NCBI RefSeq assembly: GCF_006345805.1
Contig: NC_042998.1
Span: forward strand, 127,038,001 to 127,102,000
Source of the DNA: Octopus sinensis
Taxonomy: Eukaryota
Length of the DNA stretch: 64,000 nucleotides
Reading direction: 5' to 3'
Part shown: piece by piece, positions 54,480-64,000 of the stretch
Position numbering within the stretch: the first letter of the stretch is position 1
Layout of the letters: the number at the start of each line of letters is the position of its first letter
The notes under the pieces: model-generated
The model's input: only the letters and a program-made list of their open reading frames with translations
Databases searched by the model: none
What the model was told of the DNA's origin: nothing
Translations under genes and position numbers: made by a program

Positions 54480-54960
54480 TTCTATACCTCTGCCTCTACC
54501 TCTCTCCTCTCCTTTCCACGTGACCAGTGTTCGGCCAAGCCTGACCTTTCTTTAATGGTTCGACTACCATCCGTGCAACATCTAGATTCCTTCCCATGCC
54601 CGCCTCCTCCACGTTCCTGCCGTAAGGCTTCACTTCCACTCACGCCAGCATGATTTGATTAGTCCTTAGTCGAAAGACACCTGTTGTTAATGTCCTGTTG
54701 TTTGCATTTGTATTTATGTACCATTTCTCCGTTTTTTCCGTCCTTGTTTTCGTATACACTCACTGCTTTCTTCCAAGGAATCTAGCGCTTAGATTTTCCT
54801 TGGGGCTGGCAAGATTGGAGCAGTCTCGAGGATAACCAGCCGAAACTGCAAAGATAGTCTCGAACTCAACTGACGAAAGAAAACATTTCTTGTCCCTTTT
54901 TGTACTAACTGTCAGAATGTTTTGCGTTCTTGTCCCATGTTTTTGTATTCTTTTTATATA
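54480..54960 (+). mobile_element. pLTR-like repeat with hammerhead-like topology but a non-canonical core
   Basis: agatt ttccttgg GGCTGG..CCAGCC GAAA ctgcaaag at agtct at 54791-54860. Confidence 0.4.
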
Positions 54961-54987
54961 CGTATAGCGGCGTACGTACAATTTGGT

Positions 54988-55223
54988 CTCTTATACTCTT
55001 TTACTATTTTACATGTTTCAGTCATCTGACTGTGGCCATGCTGGAGCACCGTTTTTAGTCGAGCAAATCGACCCCAGGACTTATTCTTTGTAAGCCTAGT
55101 ACTTATTCTATCGGTCTCTTTTGCCGAACCGCTAAGTTACGGGGACGTAAACACACCAGTATCGGTTGTCAAGTGATGTTGGGAGAACAAGCACAGATAC
55201 ACAAACATACACACTCACGCACA

Positions 55224-55301
<78 letters not shown>

Positions 55302-55325
55302 CGACGGGCTTCTTTCAGCTTCCAT
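54988..55325 (-). mobile_element. SINE family S1, head truncated
   Basis: Reverse complement of the S1 3' module, the CA/TA tract and gaaagaagcccgtcg. Confidence 0.88.
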
Positions 55326-55785
55326 CTATATCAATTTTAACACCAGTGGTCTAGCATATAAAAAAACTGAGGTTCAGTAAATAGTATTACATACATATAA
55401 GAGGGAATTTACCACTATGTGGAAACCCTTACGCTAGAAGACGTTCCGCTATGGTTTACCACTAAGAAATGTTCTCTAGAAAATTTAGCAAATATCAGAA
55501 ACATAAGCGAGCAAGACAAATGAAAAGTAACAAAAATATAGATTAATCATAAACAAATGTTTCACTATCAACAAATTACGTAATTTTTACATACATAATT
55601 TATCTGTAGATCTTCAGTATGATCGTCTATACAAATATTATTTGAAGAACTACACGCCAGACATCAACACGAGATAGAAAATTCATGCAGTTTTACCTAT
55701 TACACTTGTGGTTATTTTTCAAATGTTTTCGTTTTGGCGCGCTAAATTACCGGAAATAATACTACATATATATATTATATATATA

Positions 55786-55840
<55 letters not shown>

Positions 55841-56031
55841 CAAACAATTAATAAGAGGAATGACCACTAAAGTGGATTCCTATATGCTAGAGATAGACGT
55901 CAAATCGCCTTACCAGAAAAAGTGTCTTCTCAAGAAAAAATCACAGCAAATGCCAAAATGTAAAACATAAGCACGGCAAATGAAAATTTACATAATAAAA
56001 CGATTATCTACGTATCATGATTTCATTATTA

Positions 56032-56090
<59 letters not shown>

Positions 56091-56091
<1 letters not shown>

Positions 56092-56296
56092 CTGTGCTGA
56101 TAAAGTGTAATAACCGAGAAATCGGTCTACAGATGTTGCTTTGTGCTGGATAGTGACGCTGAGCTCCCCTGTTCAAAAATATAGGGTCACAGACATTGTG
56201 TCCTTATATTTTCGAACACGGGAGCTCAACTCGCTGATCCAGCACATAGCAACATCTGTGGACCGATTTCTGGGTTGTTGCTTTTATCAACGCAGA
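56091..56296. repeat. Foldback (MITE-like) element, arms of about 100 bp with a 5-nt loop
   Basis: 56091-56191 against 56197-56296, roughly 80-85% complementary; the inner 31 bp have 4 mismatches. Confidence 0.88.
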
Positions 56297-57818
56297 TTAG
56301 CTGCTCGGCTAGACGATACTGGTAAGTTCCCGTTCGAAAATACGTAAGTTTCAAAGTAACACACAGTTACAGATCTAATAAATAGAAACACTACTACTTC
56401 TACATCTCTCGAAGAGAAATATTCAATAACAGTATTTTAAAGTAAGGACTATTTGCCAACATAATGTGGCAGTCCTGGATTGGACGTATGCATGCATGTA
56501 TACACACGTGCATCCATGCATACATTCATACACACGCACATATACATACATACATACACTCAGACACACACGAACACACACATATACATATGATTGTGCA
56601 TGCAGATTTTTTACACTAACATTCGAGAAACTTACACACTTCTCTATGTGATTTCAACGATACTGTTATTGATATTTCAACTTTAGATATGAAACTTCGG
56701 ATATTTTACTGTTCATACGTTTGTTTGTGGATTTATGATGAAGTACACTGCACCCATTACAATTTTGTTATATATTTCAAAGACATTATCTGTCGATTTG
56801 GGCAGGACTAGGTCTCCGCTTTTTGCATTATGAGAGACGTTTTTAAACTCAATTTACAATACAAACATTTAATTTCAATGAACTATACAAACATACATAC
56901 ATACACACATACATACAGACAGACACATATGTGTGTGTGTGTGTGAGTGAGTGTGTGTGTGAGTGTGTGTATGTATATACATCATCATCCTATAACATCA
57001 ATTTCCTATGCTGGCATGAGTTGCATGGTTTGACAAGAAAGATGAATGAAGGAAACACACACAGACACGCACACACGCACACATATACACACATGCACAC
57101 ATGCACACATACATATTCAACAATTATGGTGGAATAAGCTGATAAGCGAAAGTTGTCACCACAAAATTGATCTATGCATGTATGCATGTAAATATGCATG
57201 TATATATGTATGCATGTATGTATGTATGTATGTATGTATGTATGTGTGTGTGCGCGTGCACGTGTGTGTCGTGTATGTATGTATATATGTATATATGTGT
57301 GTGTATGTGTATGTATTTATCTATCTGTCTGATACTCTGTGTATGTATATGCGTGCATGTGCGTGAGTGTATGTATGTGTATGTGTGTGTGCGCGCGCGC
57401 GTGTGTGTTCGTGTTTCAAGACTAACAGAACAGAAATTTCAATAACGCAATTTCCAATTTCACTTTCAGATTTGTCAGATTCTGCTGATTTAACAAAAGC
57501 ATGCATTTATATAGATATAATTCAAATTCTGTTGAACAGTCACAAAATATTTGAAAGCAAATGCGTAATATGATTGGTTGTCGGAAATCAATAGAGCCAG
57601 GTTTGGCTATATAGACAAAAAAATTAAAAAATAAAAACAAAAAAGAAGGCAAAATACAGGCATATAAGGAAAAGCAAAAAGACTATATTCTTATAACAAA
57701 TATACGTGTGAAATGACACTTATACCAAATGATAATACACATAAATTACCTCAGGAGATATTATCTTAGTGATATTAAAATAACATGATTATATTGCAAA
57801 ATATACATACACACATAG

Positions 57819-57859
<41 letters not shown>

Positions 57860-59886
57860 GTGCAAATATTAATGCAATGCAACATCTGTTAGTGACTACT
57901 TTAGAATATTCTTTTGTTAAATCAGTTCCCATGTCAGTATGATCAGGTTGGGTATGATTCAGAACTGTGTAAATGAAGATATATATATATATTTGATCCA
58001 CTTTTGTTAAAAAGATAAAGAAGCCCCCACTACAAAAAAAAATAAAATAAAAAAGAAGCAGTGAACGTCTCACATCATAATCGTTTGTCTCGCTAGATAT
58101 TTCAATCCAAACTCCTGAAATCCTGCCTTGCTATCTTAAAAGAAATGGTAGAACACGTTGGATAATCAGGTTAAGAATATAAATGAAATATAAGCTGGTC
58201 ATTGGCCAGATATTGAATATAGATGTAATGGGATCAGGGCTAGGTGCTACTTAAAACAGCTACCCAACAATAACGACATCAGTAGCAGCAGTAGCAGGTA
58301 TGTCTTACGCTTAAGATATACAGTATGCGCCGACCTACAGGAGTAGTGTTATTGCCTTACACATATTCATCAGCACCGGGGCAGACTTTTGAACCTAACT
58401 CTATTTTGCAGTCCATGGATCACATGAATATTTCTCTAATTTTTGTTCTCATCTTATCAATTTGTGTTCAACTATATCACACGGTGAAATTAGATACAGA
58501 GCAGAAAGGAAGTAACTAACCATTCCTGTATTTATTTTAAAACATTGATTAGGAAATATACTTAAGAGAAAGCTATACGAAATATTTCAACGCTAAAAGC
58601 GAATTTAATTCTCAGTAACTCTAACAGATCGTTATTTAATTTCTATTTGTAATTTAATTTAAGTTTAGTGCGGGACATATATTAGTTCGGCCGCATCCGT
58701 TGCTCTCGCAAATGTTTGGCTTCCACAGACAAATATCTATACCATTTCAGTAATCTGCGTGTCCAACTCCTTCTAAGGCTTTACTCTGACAATTTTTATA
58801 ACGATTTCATATTTCAATTATATGATCATGGCGCTGACAGAAGCACAATTATATAAGAAATATAATAAAAGTTTTTGCATGGGTACGTTCGAAATGTGAG
58901 CTGAAGAGAAAGTTCATAATTTTGTTTGCGTTGGGGTATTTCTTGTATATTTGATGTATGTATGTATGTATGTATGTATGTATGTATGTATGTATGTATG
59001 TATGTATGTATGTATGTATGTATGTATGTATGTATGTCTCACTTCTAACCTAGACCCAAGGCTCCTTCATTGGCTATATATTGGCTTAAACCCTCCTTCT
59101 TTCCTGAGCGTCCAATAATACTATATTTGAATAGAATAGCAGCCAAGGCAAACCCTGATGGACCCCACATTTAAAAGAGATAAATTCAGGTGCTAACTGC
59201 TTCTGTGTACAAGGCCATCAACAGTCCAGTCAGTTGAGAATTCTGGAGGTGCTTTGTATACAGCCTAGATAATTTGCATAATTTAAATTACTTGGCCACT
59301 GGAGATAAGGTCAAACAACTGCAGTGCTAATGACGGTTATTGCACAAGAAACATCTCACAACTAACAATAAACTCGCCTACACATCTGCAGGCTAAACAA
59401 TAAACTTGCCCCTATTCTGACTAGAATTTCAACGTTGGACATTTCTAGAATCTTCAGCTTATCTCCCTTTTCGAGTGACGCTGGTTCCTATTACCATTTC
59501 GTAATTACGTAATTATTGTATTTTTCCTAGATGTGGACACAGTTGTAATGTATCAAGAAGTTATGTTACATGGTAATTTGATATAACTGTATCTCACTCT
59601 TTCTCTCTTCTTCTAATATATATATATATATAACTGAGAATGTGTGTGTGTATGTATGTGTGCATCATTAAAACTCGAGAGCTAATTTTACACATGCCTT
59701 ACTTAGGGTCCATGAAGTGTCATGGGCGACAATCATTTTCTACTTCTTGCCTAATGCAAGCGCCCGGAACATTCTCTTACCTCTCACACTGTTTCGATAT
59801 TATGTGTGAAAAGTGAGACAATAACATATCCGTTGTAACGATATAATGGTTTTACTATTATATGGTTTCAATTTCAATTACTTTCA

Positions 59887-59937
<51 letters not shown>

Positions 59938-60140
59938 CTTTCATGTTAGCATATGTTTATATTTATATATACATATATATATATATGTGTATATATATAT
60001 ATATCAATAAATGGTGGGGTTGTGTTGACCGCACGTGGAGAAATGATAAGTAAGGAAACATTTTTTTAAAAATGCAGAATGCTCAAATGAAAGAAAATTT
60101 TAATAAAATGAGAAATTGGTAAAATATATAAATATATATT

Positions 60141-60181
60141 TATTCAACCGGTTTTCGTCATTGTATGACTTGTCAAGAATA
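60141..60181 (-). ncRNA. Minimal type I hammerhead motif, family F (U3-A8 core)
   Basis: TATTC TTGACAA GTCA tacaa TGAC GAAA ACCGGT T GAATA. Confidence 0.75.
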
Positions 60182-60951
60182 TTTATGTTTAAAAAGTTTT
60201 TTAAAAATTAGAAAGGGGAAAAAAAGAAAATTGCATTGTTTTTGCAAAAGAATAATGATAAAAATGTACAAAAATTAAAAATGATAGTAATAACAACAAT
60301 ATTAAAAATGATATTTAAAGAATATAAGTTTTAGCTTGAAGTGATGAATGCATGGTATCTTTATATATTTGTGTTAGTCCATCCATGAAGAGTGAGGTAG
60401 AAAAAGGAAGTTTGATCAACGAGCATTTTTACTATTGTTGTTATTACTATCATTTTTATTATAAATGATATGACAATCTGAAATGCAATTGTCTATGCAG
60501 ATTTATATAATTAGAAAATAATATAAATAAAGTGGTAAAATCTGAAAGTTGAGTTAACAAGCAATTATATAAAAAAGATAACGCAAATGAAGCTAAAATG
60601 ATAATTTTATAATTTGGGTTTTACCAACAGCCCTTATTGAAGAACTCAAAAGAGTTGTCTCCCCTTACTCACAACACAGGAACTGAAGAACCACAATTAC
60701 TACTACTTCCTGTCCTGCCAACATCCTGAATTAAACCAAACACCACATGCTCTTAATCCCTTTGGATCCTAATACCTCAAGGTAATTTTTTCGTGAACAA
60801 TCATTAAACTCAAGATACACAACGAACTCACAATGTATCGGAGTACTTATTTTTTAATTTTTGTACATTTTTATCATTATTCTTTTGCAATAACAATGCA
60901 ATTTTCTTTTTTTCCCCTTTCTAATTTTTAAAAAAACTTTTTAAACATAAA

Positions 60952-60992
60952 TATTCTTGACAAGTCATACAATGACGAAAACCGGTTGAATA
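60952..60992 (+). ncRNA. Minimal type I hammerhead motif, family F, identical inverted copy
   Basis: Same 41-nt sequence as 60141-60181. Confidence 0.75.
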
Positions 60993-61079
60993 AATATATA
61001 TTTATATATTTTATCAATTTCTCATTTTATTAAAATTTTCTTTTATTTGAGCATTCTGCATTTTAAAAAAAATTTTCCT

Positions 61080-61125
<46 letters not shown>

Positions 61126-61241
61126 GTAGAGGTAACACACGTGTAAGTAGATATTTATGAAAAAGAAGAACGAAAATGTTCCTTTTTTAAAATTAGGTAC
61201 ATTTAAATTTTTTACATAAATACATTAAATAAATGTCTTTG

Positions 61242-61280
61242 TTTTACATGTTTCGGTTGTTTATAAACCTTATCAAAAAA
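61242..61280 (-). ncRNA. Minimal type I hammerhead, family G (U3-A8 core), downstream of the Penelope ORF
   Basis: ttt TTGATAA GGTT tataaac AACC GAA ACATGT A aaa; GUA site; 3-bp stem I. Confidence 0.75.
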
Positions 61281-61569
61281 TATGTACTTAAATGAAATAT
61301 GTAGAAAAAAATTATTAATAACATTATTTATAAAATAAACATTCATAGTGTACTTTTCCTTTTCCTGCAAGAGCACGTCGTAAATTCCATTAATTTTCGT
61401 GGCATTGCTAGTAGGAACTTAAGCTGCTGTCTGTGATGGTAAATTAAGTAGTTTGGTCAAAACTGTTTTCAAAAGGGGTGGCCATGGCAGTCAAGTAAGC
61501 AACAGCAGCAATAATAACCGTCGTAAAGTTATCTCTCCTGGAGTCTTAACATAAATGTATTCCGAGCTT

Positions 61570-62840
61570 AAAGAATTTAGACTTGGTCAATACATTCAAT
61601 CGAATGCATTTTCCTGCTAATGCGTTCATTTTGGTTAGCATTGTCTTTGAATTTGTATAATGGAAATGTTGTGAATTTGGGATATTTATTGGATGCACAT
61701 CTATGTGTTCACTGACAGATATTTTCTAATTTGGGATTTGTGCACCGTCATCCTCTGGCGTAGACTGTTTTGTGTGTCCAATATATTGCCGTTTGCATCC
61801 TGAGCATGCAATTAAGTATATCAAATTCAACGATGCGCATGTAAATTTAGTTTTTATGGTAAAATTTTAGCCTTGTTCTAATCGGTATTTACAGACATTT
61901 TTGTGGTTGCTGTTGAGTGTAACGTGGCCTGGGCTAAAATCCTCTTCATTGATTTTAGCCGTCTCTTACGTTTGATGAGTGTGTGTGTTTGGAGGTTTTG
62001 ATTCATCTTTGAGTCCCTCTTGAGTAGAGATGTGGTATGGAGTATAGTGTTGAAGGCCTCATTGTTATGTGGGTTGTGTGTGAAGTTGTAAGACAGGGTT
62101 TTCAATTTTCTTCCTCTTTGGTCTTGATTGTCTAAGTTCTTGTGTATTAAATTTAAGGACTCGTTGGATCGTATTGTCGATTAAGGGTTGTGGGTATTTC
62201 CTATTGATGAGTGTAGTTTTTAATCCTAGAGTTGTGTGTAACGGGTGTTTGTGTCTGATACTATTGTGAATATTCTTTTGGCTAAACAAAATGGGATATT
62301 CATCCTGGTGTGTTTCGGATGGCAAGAATCAAATGGCAGGTAATGTTTCGAGTCCTTGGGTTTGTAATAGATATCTGTCTCTATTTTCTTCCCGACTTTC
62401 TTTATAAGGATATCTAAAAACGGTAGTTGTTCCTGGTTATACTCTATCGTAAATTGGACATTTACATTTATTTCATTTAGAAATATTTTTAATTCATTAT
62501 TTTTTCTACACTTTCATTCCAGAGGATGAAGCAGACATCGAGATATCTTTTCCAGTTGTTTTGAATGTAGGTTAAAAAGGAGTTTCCATATTTTTCAAGT
62601 GTTTTCTGGTATAGTTCAATTTCAAGATAGCCCATTATCAGGTTTGCAAAAGAAGGTGCAGTCCGTGTTCCAATTGCTGTCCCCGATTTTTGTCGGAAGT
62701 AATCATTATTAAATATAAAGTAATTGTTCCCTAGGATAAATCTTAGTCCTTCTATTATGAGTTCTTTTTTGAAGCGAGAAGTGAGTTCATAGCTGCAGTT
62801 GTCTAATCGGAATGTGATTGCATCTATTCCTATATATTTT
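61570..62840 (-). pseudogene. Penelope-like RT plus GIY-YIG polyprotein remnant, 5'-truncated
   Basis: EGLRFILGNNYFIFNNDYFRQKSGTAIGTRTAPSFANLIMGY, RYLDVCFILW, LPFLDILI, DIYYKPKDSKHYL...SCHPKH, FTCASLNLIYLIACSGCKRQYIG. Confidence 0.93.
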
Positions 62841-63120
62841 GTATATATATATGTGTCTATATGTATATATGTATATGTATATATATATATGTGTGTGTGT
62901 ATATATATATGTGTATATGTATATAAATGTATATATGGAGGCTATGAGAGGTAATGGTGTCAGTAAGACCCAAAGGTGGTAAGTAATTCTGAGTAAATGC
63001 TATGGATAGACCATAGTTAAGCTCCAGGTTCGGTGATTATGCGAATAAGAAGTCCAACGTAGGCCATATATCAGCCTGTGTATATATACTTTTTTTCTTT
63101 TCAGAATGAGATAAAAAACA

Positions 63121-63640
63121 AAGATTTTAGAACATTTATAAATTGAAGGTCTTACAGCTGTTTCCAGGATATTTATTATATCCCTTCATAGGAGACGTGT
63201 GAGAAAAAGGTTAAGCAATGGTTAATTTAGATAAGATACGAAATAGAAAATGGAGGAATGAAAATAGATGTGAGATATGCAGGTATATTGCATTTATAGA
63301 TCCATTATTTAGGAAAAATGGTATACATATACGATTCCAATACCTTGTGAGTAAAATCTAATACTTTTAGATAGTATTGGATTTTAGATACTATTGTATT
63401 TTACTCACAAGGTATTGCAATCTTATATGCATACCATTTTGACTAAATAATGGAAGTACGAATGCAATATCCCTGCATATCTCACGTCTATTTTCGTTCT
63501 TCCACTACACTCTCTATTTCGTATCTTATTTAAATTAAATATTGCTTTACCATTTTCTCACACCGTCTCCAATGAAGGGATATAATAAATATCCTGGAAA
63601 CAGTTGTAAAATATTCTATTTATAAATGTTCTAAAATCTT
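63121..63640. mobile_element. Foldback pair of family B-related pLTRs (arms of about 245 bp, spacer of about 30 bp)
   Basis: aagattttagaacatttataaat at 63121 mirrors atttataaatgttctaaaatctt ending at 63640. HHR motifs at 63149-63196 (minus, core CCTATGA) and 63565-63612 (plus, core CCAATGA). Confidence 0.9.
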
Positions 63641-64000
63641 CTATATAAGTATATTTATATTTACTTCTACCCATATTTTACTGGAAAGTAATACATTTGG
63701 TTTGCAATATTTTTTTCATTGAAAACTTTTTCACTATTTTCATTCTGCTAACGGCTGAGCGTTCAGGCGAGTGTACTGGCATTGATGTGTCAACATTTGA
63801 AACATTGTCTCGGTAAATGTAGCTGATGAAGACTGATCAAAGTTATGTTAGTGATGCAACAACGCATCAATATTTACTAGAAATGGCAGTCGATAATATA
63901 CGACTCTGCAGTAAAACTTCACTGGGTATATATATACTGGCAGAATGTTATCAGGCGGCGAGCGATCAAAATTTCATCTGACCTGTAGAAAGAGCATTAA

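Larger units (their letters stand above)
60049..61083. mobile_element. PLE 3' end with an inverted pLTR (arms of about 240 bp around a spacer of about 550 bp)
   Basis: 60049-60290 is nearly the exact reverse complement of 60844-61083. The minus strand of the spacer reads IHHFKLKL, like a GIY-YIG C-terminus. Confidence 0.88.

Overview
AT-rich, microsatellite-dense eukaryotic DNA. The SINE families look like those of Octopus (coleoid cephalopod); this is recognition, not a database result. I found no intact protein-coding gene, rRNA, true tRNA or CRISPR array, and most listed ORFs are translations of simple repeats. The window is a transposon graveyard: a hAT (Buster/ZBED8-like) transposase, a mariner, a Helitron helicase fragment, RTE and CR1/L2-type LINE fragments, a 5.8-kb L1/Tx1-type LINE with a tandemly duplicated ORF1, several Penelope-like element (PLE) remnants, and at least four tRNA-derived SINE families. 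The strongest hidden signal is about 15 minimal type I hammerhead ribozyme (HHR) motifs from at least five sequence families. Stem III in each family is a different self-complementary palindrome (ACGU, ACAGCUGU, ACGAUCGU, ACCGGU, ACAUGU), and two families carry the compensatory U3-A8 core. They lie in PLE terminal repeats (pLTRs) that repeatedly form inverted, foldback insertions. One insertion (2204-2648) is a tRNA-headed SINE carrying an HHR, an inverted partial copy at its 5' end and a 13-bp target-site duplication, which suggests a SINE mobilised by PLE machinery. Several long near-perfect palindromes are also present. Boundaries of decayed elements are approximate (tens of bp), and ribozyme activity is untested.
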